This document shows positions 18,630-27,496 of a DNA stretch of 32,000 nt, in pieces (the first letter of the stretch is position 1; each line of letters starts with the position of its first letter). The notes beneath the pieces were generated by a model. The model made no database searches. It was not told the DNA's origin and saw nothing but the letters and a program-made list of their open reading frames with translations. The stretch spans positions 240,001 through 272,000 of the forward strand of contig NZ_CP059199.1 in the NCBI RefSeq assembly GCF_014251775.1. Reading direction: 5' to 3'. The position numbers and the translations under genes are program-made. The stretch comes from Candidatus Saccharimonadota bacterium. Its GTDB lineage: Bacteria > Bacteroidota > Bacteroidia > Flavobacteriales > Blattabacteriaceae.

Positions 18630-19415
18630 ATGAATTACATTCAATCTATTTTATTGGGATTTATTGAAGGAATTACTGAATTTTTTCCGATTTCTTCTAC
18701 AGGACATATGATTGTTGCTGCATCAATAATGGGGATATTAAAAAATAGAATAACTAATTTTTTTCTAGTTTCTGTTCAATTTGGATCAATTTTATCTATT
18801 GTTTTTTTGTATGGTAAAAAAATTTTCTATAAAAAAATAGATTTTTATATAAAAATTTTTTTAGCTAGTTTTCCAGTAGGAATTTTGGGGTTAATTTTTT
18901 ATAAAAAAATAAATATACTTTTAAATCAACCATTTATAGTATATTTATCACTTATCATAGGAGGGATAATTATATTAAAATGTGAAAATTTTTACAAAAA
19001 AAATTTTTATAAAGAAAGAAATAAAATTACTTATTATAGAGCATTTATTATTGGATTGTTTCAGTGTATATCTTTAATACCTGGTATATCTAGAAGTGCT
19101 ACAACTATTACTGCTGGACTTTTACAAAAAATAGATAGAAAAGATTCCATTGAATTTTCATTTTTTTTATCTATACCAGTTATTAGTTTTGCAACTTTAA
19201 AAAAGTTATTGGACTATAAAATTATTCAGTCAGAATATTTATATAAAGATTTAAAATTATTATTATTAGGAAATATAGTATCATTTGTGACATCTATTAC
19301 TGCTATTAAATATTTGATGAAATATTTAAAAAAAAATGATTTTAATTTATTTGGTTATTATAGAATTATTATTGGATTTTTATTGATGATTATACATTAT
19401 TATTATAATATTTAA
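18630..19415 (+). CDS. uppP: Undecaprenyl-diphosphate phosphatase
   Basis: Motifs GFIEGITEFFPISSTGHM and PGISRSATTITAG are present, with about 8 hydrophobic spans. Confidence 0.93.
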   Translation: MNYIQSILLGFIEGITEFFPISSTGHMIVAASIMGILKNRITNFFLVSVQFGSILSIVFLYGKKIFYKKIDFYIKIFLASFPVGILGLIFYKKINILLNQPFIVYLSLIIGGIIILKCENFYKKNFYKERNKITYYRAFIIGLFQCISLIPGISRSATTITAGLLQKIDRKDSIEFSFFLSIPVISFATLKKLLDYKIIQSEYLYKDLKLLLLGNIVSFVTSITAIKYLMKYLKKNDFNLFGYYRIIIGFLLMIIHYYYNI

Positions 19416-19495
19416 AAGTAAAAAAATACAAATAAAATAAAATCATTTGAATTTATCGAATTGATATAAGGTAAAATATTGTTTATAGATAAACC

Positions 19496-19735
19496 TTGGA
19501 AATAAACTTTTTTCCGAATAATAAAAAAAATTCTGCTGAAAAATTTATAAGAGAAATGGATAAAATTCCACATTTATTTTCTGCTTTAAAAAAAATAGAA
19601 AAAATAAATATGCTAGAAGTGAAAAAAAATAAAAATAATATCTATGAAATATACATTTCGTATATAAAATTTTTCATAGAAGGTGGAAATGGTACGTATA
19701 TTATATCTATAGCCAATTGGAAGTCTTTTAAATAG
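19496..19735 (+). CDS. Hypothetical small protein (79 aa from TTG, or 59 aa from ATG 19556)
   Basis: This is the only ORF in the 447-bp uppP-rpsP gap (19416-19862). A strong intrinsic terminator follows immediately. I recognise no family motif. Confidence 0.4.
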   Translation: MEINFFPNNKKNSAEKFIREMDKIPHLFSALKKIEKINMLEVKKNKNNIYEIYISYIKFFIEGGNGTYIISIANWKSFK

Positions 19736-19739
19736 CAAT

Positions 19740-19776
19740 AATGCCTATATTATATCGATAGTATAGGCATTTTTTT
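19740..19776 (+). terminator. Rho-independent terminator
   Basis: A 13-bp stem pairs 19741-19753 with 19758-19770 (atgcctatattat / ataGtataggcat, one G-U pair). The loop is the tetraloop atcg, and a T6 run follows at 19771-19776. The stem starts 6 nt after the small-ORF stop. Confidence 0.8.
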
Positions 19777-19862
19777 CTATAAAAAATCGATTGATGATTT
19801 GATTTAGATAAAATTTATTAATTATCTAATTAATTATCATATTATTTAACTGTTTTTTTTAA

Positions 19863-20201
19863 TTAAACAATATTATATTTTTTATACCATTCATTAAATC
19901 TATTATTAGACTCTTCTGGAGTTAAAGCCCCCTTTTTAACTCCTTCTAATAAATGTTTTTTCAATAAAATTCCATTTTTAGAAAAAATGGATCTTACTGT
20001 ATTTGTAGGTTGTGCTCCCTTCATAAGCCATGAAATAGAATTTTCTATATTGATAATAGTTGATCTAGGATCTGTATTAGGATTATATGTCCCTAATTTT
20101 TCAATAAACTTTCCATCTCTAGGGGATCTCGAATCTGTTACTACTATATTATAGATAGGATTATGTTTTTTTCCAATTCGTTTTAAACGTATTTTAACCA
20201 T
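19863..20201 (-). CDS. rpsP: 30S ribosomal protein S16
   Basis: The N-terminus [41 protein letters not shown] is the canonical S16 N-terminus. Confidence 0.95.
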   Translation of the reverse strand: MVKIRLKRIGKKHNPIYNIVVTDSRSPRDGKFIEKLGTYNPNTDPRSTIINIENSISWLMKGAQPTNTVRSIFSKNGILLKKHLLEGVKKGALTPEESNNRFNEWYKKYNIV

Positions 20202-20333
20202 ATTTTCTATTTTATTTTATGATAAATTTTATTAAGAATTTTAATGAAAAAAATTCCTTTGAAATTATAAATATATTAAATATATTTTGATATAATTTAG
20301 TAAAAAAGAAAAAAAATAATTTATATTTACAGA

Positions 20334-20404
20334 AGACCCGTTGTGTAATGGTAGCACAGTAGATTTTGGTTCTGTTAGTTAGGGTTCGAATCCCTGCGGG
20401 TCTG
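20334..20404 (+). tRNA. tRNA-Gln (anticodon UUG)
   Basis: I folded the cloverleaf by hand. The acceptor stem is agacccg/cgggtct and the D stem is gtgt/gcac. The anticodon stem is gtaga/tctgt with loop ttTTGgt. The T arm is taggg-ttcgaat-ccctg and the discriminator is G. It is 71 nt long and CCA is not encoded. Confidence 0.9.
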
Positions 20405-20455
20405 TTACCATTATTTCCCTGAAAATTAATTTAGTAAATAAAATAAATATTTGGA

Positions 20456-21841
20456 ATGAAAATAAAAAAAGATAAAGTTTTACTTATAGCTTTTTTAAGC
20501 TTTTTACCTTGTATAATTTTTCATTTATATAAATCTTTTTTTGGTTTTAATAATTTAATTTTATGTTTATTAAGATGTTTTGTTATATCTATTTTTATTT
20601 TATATGCTGTTTTAAAAAAAGATTTAACTACATGGATATTATTATCTATTATAATCGGAATAGAAATAGGATTAGACCAACCAAAAATTGCTGTACAATT
20701 AAGATTTTTATCCCAAATTTTCTTAAGACTAATTAAAACTATCATTGCTCCAATATTATTTTCCACTTTAGTAGTAGGAATCGCAGGTCATTCTGATATT
20801 AAACAATTGGGAAGTATGGGGTGGAAATCATTATTATATTTTGAAATAGTAACTACTTTAGCATTATTTATTGGACTTATTGCTATTAATTTATCTAAAG
20901 CTGGAGTTGGAATTGTTATGCCTTATGGTATAACAGCACAACAATTACCAAAAGTGGAAAGTAGAACCTGGCAAGAAATAATTTTGCATATTTTTCCGGA
21001 AAATTTTATAAAATCTATATATCATGGTGATGTATTACCCATTGTAGTTTTTTCAGTAATATTTGGAATATCTATGATTTCTTTAGAAGAAAGAAAAAGA
21101 AATATGATTATTTCTTTTGCAGAAAGTTTATCAGAAATTATGTTTAAATTTACTAAAATAATTATGTATTTTGCACCTATAGGAGTAGGTTCTGCTATTG
21201 CTTATACAATAGGACATATGGGGTTGGATATATTATATAATTTATTACAGTTATTACTAACTCTTTATTTTGCTTTGGTAATATTTATATTAGTAGTTTT
21301 ATTTCCTATACTTTTATGGATAAAAGTCCCTTTAAAAGCTTTTATTAAAGCATTAACTGAACCAGTTTCATTAGCTTTCGCTACTACTAGTTCAGAATCA
21401 GCTTTACCATTACTGATGGAAAATTTAGAAAAATTAGGAGTTCCAAAAAAAATAATTGCTTTTGTTATTCCTACTGGATACAGTTTTAACTTAGATGGGA
21501 CTACCTTATATTTATCTTTAGCTACTGTATTTGTAGCACAGGCGGCCGGAATACATTTAAGTTTTAGCCAACAAATATTTATAGGTTTAACTTTAATCTT
21601 GACTAGTAAAGGAGTAGCTGGAGTTCCTAGAGCTTCTTTAGTAATACTGTTAGCAACAGTGGCATCTTTTGGATTGCCTAATTGGCCAATATTAGCAATT
21701 ATTGGAATTGATGAATTGATGGATATGGCTAGAACTACTGTAAATGTAATAGGAAATGGATTAGCTAGTTGCGTAATAGCCCGTTCTGAAGGAGAATTAG
21801 ATGATAAAAAAATGTTAGATTATGCTAAAAACGACTTATAA
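20456..21841 (+). CDS. gltP: Dicarboxylate/amino acid:cation symporter (DAACS/GltP family)
   Basis: Family motifs TSSESALP, PTGYSFNLDGTTLY, SKGVAGVPRAS and DMARTTVNVIGN are present, with multiple TM spans. Confidence 0.88.
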   Translation: MKIKKDKVLLIAFLSFLPCIIFHLYKSFFGFNNLILCLLRCFVISIFILYAVLKKDLTTWILLSIIIGIEIGLDQPKIAVQLRFLSQIFLRLIKTIIAPILFSTLVVGIAGHSDIKQLGSMGWKSLLYFEIVTTLALFIGLIAINLSKAGVGIVMPYGITAQQLPKVESRTWQEIILHIFPENFIKSIYHGDVLPIVVFSVIFGISMISLEERKRNMIISFAESLSEIMFKFTKIIMYFAPIGVGSAIAYTIGHMGLDILYNLLQLLLTLYFALVIFILVVLFPILLWIKVPLKAFIKALTEPVSLAFATTSSESALPLLMENLEKLGVPKKIIAFVIPTGYSFNLDGTTLYLSLATVFVAQAAGIHLSFSQQIFIGLTLILTSKGVAGVPRASLVILLATVASFGLPNWPILAIIGIDELMDMARTTVNVIGNGLASCVIARSEGELDDKKMLDYAKNDL

Positions 21842-21846
21842 TAATT

Positions 21847-22926
21847 TTGAATAAAAAAGATTTTATTTATAGTAATTATAATAAAACAGTCCCCTTTATA
21901 AAAAATGGAGTAATAAAAAAAATTAGCTATTCTAACATAGCTTTGATTAAGTATTGGGGAAAATCTAAAAATAATATACAAATCCCATCTAATTCTTCTA
22001 TTAGCTATCGATTAAATAATGTTTATACAGTAACTAAAATAATTTATAAAATGAATGATAGAAAGAACAGTAAATTTTACTTTAAATTTTTATTTTCTGG
22101 AAAAGAGCATACTTTTTTTTATCTAAGGATGAAAAAATTTTTTCATAGAATTTTTGTTTATTGTTCTTATTTACGAAATTTCAATTTTATTATAGAAACT
22201 AATAATACCTTTCCCCATAGTAGTGGAATAGCTTCATCTGCATCTTCTATAAGTTCTATAGCTTTATGTATTATGGATATAGAAAAAAAATTAATTAATT
22301 CTTTAACAAAATCTTTTATTTTAAAAAAAGCATCTTTTTTAGCAAGATTAGGTTCTGGTAGCGCTTGCAGATCTATTTATACCGGATTATCTGTCTGGGG
22401 GGCTCATAAACTAATAAAAGGAAGTAATAATTTTTATTCTATTCCATATCCATATACGGTTCATCCTATTTTTAGGAAAATAGAAGATACTATTTTAATA
22501 ATAGACGATAAACCAAAAAAAATATTAAGTTCGAAAGGTCATCAATTAATGAATAATCATCCTTATGCTAAAGAGAGATTTAAACACGCTAATAATAATA
22601 TGGTTCAATTGATCTCCATATTAAAATCAGGAAATATTAAAAAATTTGGAATTCTTATAGAACAAGAAGCTTTAAACCTTCATGCGATGATAATGACTTC
22701 TAATCCTTATTATTTATGTTTCCAACCTAATACTATAGAGGTCATCCAAAATATTTGGAAATATAGAATAAAAAGTAAAAAAAATATCTATTTTACATTA
22801 GATGCTGGAGCAAATATTCATATATTATATCCTATTCAAGAAAAAAAAACTATTTTTAAATGGATAAAAAATAATCTTTATCATTTTTATAAAAATATTA
22901 TAGAAAGTTTTTGTATATGGAATTGA
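21847..22926 (+). CDS. mvaD: Diphosphomevalonate decarboxylase (mevalonate pathway)
   Basis: GHMP-kinase-fold motifs NIALIKYWGK, SSGIASSASS, LGSGSACRS and YFTLDAGANIHILY are present. The start is a TTG 5 nt after the gltP stop. There is no in-frame ATG upstream of the conserved NIALIKYWGK segment. Confidence 0.88.
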   Translation: MNKKDFIYSNYNKTVPFIKNGVIKKISYSNIALIKYWGKSKNNIQIPSNSSISYRLNNVYTVTKIIYKMNDRKNSKFYFKFLFSGKEHTFFYLRMKKFFHRIFVYCSYLRNFNFIIETNNTFPHSSGIASSASSISSIALCIMDIEKKLINSLTKSFILKKASFLARLGSGSACRSIYTGLSVWGAHKLIKGSNNFYSIPYPYTVHPIFRKIEDTILIIDDKPKKILSSKGHQLMNNHPYAKERFKHANNNMVQLISILKSGNIKKFGILIEQEALNLHAMIMTSNPYYLCFQPNTIEVIQNIWKYRIKSKKNIYFTLDAGANIHILYPIQEKKTIFKWIKNNLYHFYKNIIESFCIWN

Positions 22927-22951
22927 TTTTTTTTAAATTTAAATAATAAAT

Positions 22952-23026
22952 GGTGGGTGTAGCTCAGTTGGTTAGAGCATCAGATTGTGGTTCTGAAAGT
23001 CGCCGGTTCGAATCCGGTCATCCACC
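22952..23026 (+). tRNA. tRNA-His (anticodon GUG) with encoded G-1
   Basis: I folded it by hand. G-1 is followed by the acceptor stem gtgggtg/catccac, and C73 pairs with G-1. The D arm is gctc-agttggtta-gagc. The anticodon stem is tcaga/tctga with loop ttGTGgt. The T arm is gccgg-ttcgaat-ccggt. A full CCA is not encoded. Confidence 0.92.
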
Positions 23027-23034
23027 CAAATTAA

Positions 23035-24228
23035 TTAATTATGTAATAATATCTTTAACCTTTCAAAGGCCTCTATAATATTTTTTTCTGAAGAAGCATA
23101 AGAAATCCGTAAATATCCATCTTTACCAAAAGCACTACCGCTGACAGTAGCTACATGAGCTTTTTCAAGTAAAAATTCAGAAAATTGATCTGAATTTTTA
23201 ATAGAAATTCCATTTATTTGTTTTCCAAAAAAATTAGAAATTTTAGGAAAAATATAAAAAGCTCCATCCGGTTTATTGAATTGAAATCCTTTAATTTCAT
23301 TAATTTTATCTAAAATCAAATCTCTTCTTTTTTTAAAAGACTTTACCAGATATTGAATTTTCTTAGGAGAAGATTTTAATGCTGTAATAGCTGCTCTTTG
23401 TGCAATAGAATTAGCACAAGAAGTCATTTGTCCTTGTATTTTGTCACATGATTGAGCTATCCATTCTGGTGCTCCAATATATCCAATTCTCCATCCAGTC
23501 ATTGAAAATGCTTTAGATAAACCATTTAATGTAACAACTTGTTTATAAATATCCGGAAAAATTGCTATACTAGTTGGATGAACTTTAGAATAATAAATAT
23601 GTTCATATATTTCATCTGATAAAATAATTATTTTTGGATATTTTTTTAATACATCTATTAATTTTTTTAATTCTTCATAAGAATAAATACTTCCTGTAGG
23701 ATTACAGGGATTATTAAAAATAAATAATTTTGTTTTATCTGAAATGTATTTTTCTAATTTATCTGGATTAATTTTAAAATTATTATTCATATTAGTTGGA
23801 ATAATAACTGGATTAGATTCACAAAATTTTACCATTTGCAAATAACTTCCCCAATAAGGAGATGGGATAATAACTTCATCATTTTTATTTAATAAAGATA
23901 ATAGTACGTTAATGATTGATTGTTTTGCTCCAGTAGATACTACAATTTGCGATGGTTTATATTTTAATTGGTTATCACGATAAAATTTATCACAGATTGT
24001 TTCTTTTAAATCCGTATATCCTGATACAGGAGTGTAATGATGAAATCCATTATCTATTGCTTTTTTAGCAGAATTTAAAATAAATTCAGGTGGAGAAAAA
24101 TCTGGTTCTCCTAAACTAAGATTGATAATGTTATATCCTCTATTTTTTAATAATCTAGCTTTAGATGACATAGCAATAGTTTGTGAAAAAGATATATTTT
24201 TTGAACGATAGGATAATATATTTTTCAT
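23035..24228 (-). CDS. aspC: Aspartate/aromatic aminotransferase, PLP-dependent class I
   Basis: Motifs LSLGEPDF, NNPCNPTG and the PLP-lysine motif GLSKAFSMTGWRIGY are present, along with RISYA near the C-terminus. Confidence 0.88.
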   Translation of the reverse strand: MKNILSYRSKNISFSQTIAMSSKARLLKNRGYNIINLSLGEPDFSPPEFILNSAKKAIDNGFHHYTPVSGYTDLKETICDKFYRDNQLKYKPSQIVVSTGAKQSIINVLLSLLNKNDEVIIPSPYWGSYLQMVKFCESNPVIIPTNMNNNFKINPDKLEKYISDKTKLFIFNNPCNPTGSIYSYEELKKLIDVLKKYPKIIILSDEIYEHIYYSKVHPTSIAIFPDIYKQVVTLNGLSKAFSMTGWRIGYIGAPEWIAQSCDKIQGQMTSCANSIAQRAAITALKSSPKKIQYLVKSFKKRRDLILDKINEIKGFQFNKPDGAFYIFPKISNFFGKQINGISIKNSDQFSEFLLEKAHVATVSGSAFGKDGYLRISYASSEKNIIEAFERLKILLHN

Positions 24229-24251
24229 AAATTGGATTTTTTAAATGAATA

Positions 24252-24259
24252 CAAATCTA
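24252..24259 (-). promoter_or_regulatory. Candidate Bacteroidetes-type -7 box (TAGATTTG) for aspC
   Basis: The plus strand reads caaatcta, which is TAGATTTG on the minus strand and matches TAnnTTTG. It lies 24 nt upstream of the aspC ATG. Confidence 0.25.
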
Positions 24260-24268
24260 AATAAATTA

Positions 24269-24276
24269 TAAATTTG
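24269..24276 (+). promoter_or_regulatory. Candidate Bacteroidetes-type -7 box (TAAATTTG) for rsmG
   Basis: This is an exact TAnnTTTG match 36 nt upstream of the rsmG ATG, in the divergent aspC/rsmG spacer. Confidence 0.3.
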
Positions 24277-24311
24277 GTTATAAGTTTATTTTTCTATTTA
24301 AGTTTAATTAT

Positions 24312-24938
24312 ATGGAATTGATAAAAAAATATTTTCCAAATCTTATGACTAATCAATTAAATCAACTATTTTATTTAAAGGATTTATATAAGTATTGGAA
24401 TTTTTTTATTAATGTAATTTCTCGTAAAACATCTTATAATTATGATTTTTATCAAAATCACGTACTTTTTTGTTTAAGTATAGCAAAAATATTTTCTTTT
24501 AAATCTGGATCAAAAATAATGGATTTAGGAACCGGAGGTGGATTTCCAGGTATTCCACTATCTATATTATTTCCTAATTCTCAATTCATATTAGTAGATT
24601 CTATTAGAAAAAAAATTAAAGTGGTAAAAAAAATTGTATCATATCTTAACATTAAAAATGTATATCCTATTTGTATACGTGCAGAAAAAATAGACCAAAA
24701 ATTCGATTTTATAGTTACTAGAGGTGTAGCTAAAATAAATATTATCCAAAATTGGATAAAAAATAAATTTAAAAAAAAATATACTATTCAAAATAAAACT
24801 GGGACCTTATATTTAAAAGGTGGTGATCTTTCTGAAGAGAAAAATACATTTCCTTATGCAATGGAATATTCTTTAAAAGAATATTTTGAAGAACCATTTT
24901 TCTTTGATAAAAAAATAGTTTGGATTCCAAATATATAA
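24312..24938 (+). CDS. rsmG: 16S rRNA (guanine527-N7)-methyltransferase
   Basis: It has the SAM-binding motif DLGTGGGFPGIPLSI. The GidB/RsmG length and layout fit. Confidence 0.9.
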   Translation: MELIKKYFPNLMTNQLNQLFYLKDLYKYWNFFINVISRKTSYNYDFYQNHVLFCLSIAKIFSFKSGSKIMDLGTGGGFPGIPLSILFPNSQFILVDSIRKKIKVVKKIVSYLNIKNVYPICIRAEKIDQKFDFIVTRGVAKINIIQNWIKNKFKKKYTIQNKTGTLYLKGGDLSEEKNTFPYAMEYSLKEYFEEPFFFDKKIVWIPNI

Positions 24939-24947
24939 TAAAAAATA

Positions 24948-25904
24948 ATGAATCCTAAAAAAATTTTTCTTAAAAAAATTAAGGAGAAAGGTGGATGGGT
25001 AAATGCTCATACTCACTTAGATAGAGCTTATACTTTAACTGATAATAATTTCAAATATTCTTATTATCCACTAAAAAAAAAATGGTATTTAGTTGATGAA
25101 ATGAAACGTTTAGCTACAGAAGATGATATTTATTATAGAATGGAAAAAGCTTTGGAATATTTTTTAATACAGGGGACTCAAGCTATATGTACTTTTATTG
25201 ATGTTGATGAAATTATTGAAGATCGCGCATTAAAAGCAGCAAAAAAATTGAGAAAAAATTACGAAAATTATATAAAAATATGTTTTGCTAATCAAGTTTT
25301 AAAAGGTGTATTAGACAATAAATCAAGATATTGGTTTGATAAATCAATCGATTTTGTAGATATTATCGGGGGATTACCTGCAAAAGATTTAGGAAAAGAA
25401 AATGAGCATATTGATATATTATTAAAAACAGCTAAAGAAAATGGAAAAATTGTACATGTTCATGTAGATCAACTAAATTCTATCAAGGAAAAAGAAACTG
25501 AACAATTAGCTAATAAAACTATTGAATATGGAATGCAAGGAAAAGTAGTAGCTATTCATAGTATATCTTTAGCAGCTCATGAGAAGAATTATCGTTATAA
25601 TATTTATCAATTAATGAAAAAAGCTAATCTAATGGTTATATCATGTCCAATTGCATGGATAGATCATATAAGAAATGAGAATTTAACTCCTAGTCATAAT
25701 TCTATTACTCCTATAGATGAAATGTTGCCTGAAGGAATTATAGTTGCTTTTGGCACTGATAATATTTGTGATATATATAAACCATTCTCAGATGGAAATT
25801 TATGGATAGAGTTAAGAGTCTTGTTAGAAGCTTGTCATTATTATAACATAGATAATCTAGTAAAAATTGCTACGGTAAATGGACTAAAAGTATTAGGATT
25901 ATAA
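24948..25904 (+). CDS. Amidohydrolase-superfamily protein, cytosine-deaminase (CodA)-like barrel core
   Basis: The N-terminal HxH metal motif is GGWVNAHTHLD. The segment IVHVHVDQ...GMQGKVVAIHSISL aligns by eye with E. coli CodA LIDVHCDE...GMGARVTASHTTAM. AFGTDN aligns with CFGHDD. At 318 aa it is about 110 aa shorter than CodA. Confidence 0.65.
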   Translation: MNPKKIFLKKIKEKGGWVNAHTHLDRAYTLTDNNFKYSYYPLKKKWYLVDEMKRLATEDDIYYRMEKALEYFLIQGTQAICTFIDVDEIIEDRALKAAKKLRKNYENYIKICFANQVLKGVLDNKSRYWFDKSIDFVDIIGGLPAKDLGKENEHIDILLKTAKENGKIVHVHVDQLNSIKEKETEQLANKTIEYGMQGKVVAIHSISLAAHEKNYRYNIYQLMKKANLMVISCPIAWIDHIRNENLTPSHNSITPIDEMLPEGIIVAFGTDNICDIYKPFSDGNLWIELRVLLEACHYYNIDNLVKIATVNGLKVLGL

Positions 25905-25916
25905 AAATAGAAAGAA

Positions 25917-27413
25917 TTATAATTTTTTTTTATCTGGACGCATTTGAGGAAAAAAAATAACTTCTTGTATTGATTTTTTTTTAGTAAGTAACATAACTAA
26001 TCGATCGATCCCAAATCCAATTCCTGCAGTAGGTGGCATTCCAAATTCTAAAGCACGTATAAAATCCTTATCTATAAATATAGAATCATCATCTAGATCT
26101 TTTTTTTGAATTTCCATTTGTTTTTTTAAACGATCTAATTGATCAATAGGATCATTTAATTCCGAATAAGCATTAGCTATCTCTTGTCCATTTATAATAA
26201 GTTCGAAACGTTCTGATAAATTTTTTTCGTTACGATGCCTTTTAGTAAGAGGACTCATTTCTATAGGAAAATCAGTTATAAAAGTTGGATTATTATAGTT
26301 ATATTTACATTTTTCGTCAAAAATATTCTCAATAATTTTAGATCTACTAGATTTTTTATCTACTTTTATTTGCAATTTATTACAAACTTCTATTAAATCA
26401 TCTGTATTCATTTTTTTTATATAAAATCCAGTATGTTCTTTAATTGAATCTAATATAGAAATTTTTGAAAAAGGATGTTTAAAACTATTATCAGTAGAAT
26501 TTTGGTCATAAAATTCTAAAAAAATAAATTTTATCAATTTTTCTGTAAAATCCATCATCCAATAATAATCTTTATAAGCAACATATAACTCTAAAACAGT
26601 AAACTCTGGATTATGTAATCTATCCATTCCTTCATTTCTAAAATTTTTTGAAAATTCATATACTCCATGGTATCCTCCAATTATAAGTCTTTTTAAATAT
26701 AATTCATTAGCTATTCGTAAATACAAAGGTATTCCAAGTGTATTATGATAAGTTATAAAAGGTCTAGCTATAGCACCACCTGGTATAGGTTGTAATACAG
26801 GCGTATCTACTTCTAAATACCCTTTGTTATCCAAAAAATTTCTAATTTCTTTTATAATATAAGTACGTTTTAAAAACGTATCTTTTACGTCATCATTAAC
26901 TATTAAATCTACATAACGCATACGATAACGTTTTTCTACATTGGAAAAAGAATCATATATTTTTTGATTTTTATCTTTTTTTACTTGTGGTAAAGGTCTT
27001 ATAGATTTTGATAATAAAGTTAATTTTTGAACGTATACAGTGATTTCCTTTTTGTTTGTTTTGAATAAAACACCAACTATTCCTATAATATCTCCTATAT
27101 CCAGTAACTTTTTAAAAAAAATATCATAAACATATTTTTTTTCAATATTATCTGCATATAGATTTTTTTTATTCATATATATTTGTATATAGCCTGTATA
27201 ATCTTTTATTTCCCCAAATGAAGCCTTTCCTAGAATTCTTAATCGCATTAATCTTCCAGCTATACTAACTTTTTTATTTTTTAAAAAATTTTTATGTATA
27301 TCTTTAATTGTGGTATTTACTATATATTCTTCTGAAGGATATGGATTAATTCCTAATTTTCTTAATTGATTTAATTTTTTCCTTCGTATAATTTGTTGTT
27401 CTGATAAAGGCAT
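25917..27413 (-). CDS. lysS: Lysine--tRNA ligase (class II)
   Basis: There is an N-terminal OB-fold region. Motifs YLEVDTPVLQP, FRNEGMDRLHNPEFT and PPTAGIGFGIDRLVMLLT are present. Confidence 0.95.
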   Translation of the reverse strand: MPLSEQQIIRRKKLNQLRKLGINPYPSEEYIVNTTIKDIHKNFLKNKKVSIAGRLMRLRILGKASFGEIKDYTGYIQIYMNKKNLYADNIEKKYVYDIFFKKLLDIGDIIGIVGVLFKTNKKEITVYVQKLTLLSKSIRPLPQVKKDKNQKIYDSFSNVEKRYRMRYVDLIVNDDVKDTFLKRTYIIKEIRNFLDNKGYLEVDTPVLQPIPGGAIARPFITYHNTLGIPLYLRIANELYLKRLIIGGYHGVYEFSKNFRNEGMDRLHNPEFTVLELYVAYKDYYWMMDFTEKLIKFIFLEFYDQNSTDNSFKHPFSKISILDSIKEHTGFYIKKMNTDDLIEVCNKLQIKVDKKSSRSKIIENIFDEKCKYNYNNPTFITDFPIEMSPLTKRHRNEKNLSERFELIINGQEIANAYSELNDPIDQLDRLKKQMEIQKKDLDDDSIFIDKDFIRALEFGMPPTAGIGFGIDRLVMLLTKKKSIQEVIFFPQMRPDKKKL

Positions 27414-27454
27414 AAATTTTATTATAATTTTACCTCATAATTTATTAACTAAGA

Positions 27455-27462
27455 TACGTTTG
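27455..27462 (+). promoter_or_regulatory. Candidate Bacteroidetes-type -7 box (TACGTTTG) for lipB
   Basis: This is an exact TAnnTTTG match 35 nt upstream of the lipB ATG, the same spacing as the rsmG candidate. Confidence 0.3.
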
Positions 27463-27496
27463 TTTTGAATTTTTATTTATAGAAAATTTTTTAAAT

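Noticed and set aside
20269-20287. 19-nt perfect palindrome (aaatatatt a aatatattt) about 47 nt upstream of tRNA-Gln, next to a near-miss TAnnTTTG (tattttga)
   Set aside because: It is A/T-only and short, so it is statistically unremarkable here. The promoter-like box is off by one base from the consensus, so I do not call it.
20521-20766. 81-aa ORF antisense to gltP
   Set aside because: It is nested in the well-supported symporter CDS and has no motif support.
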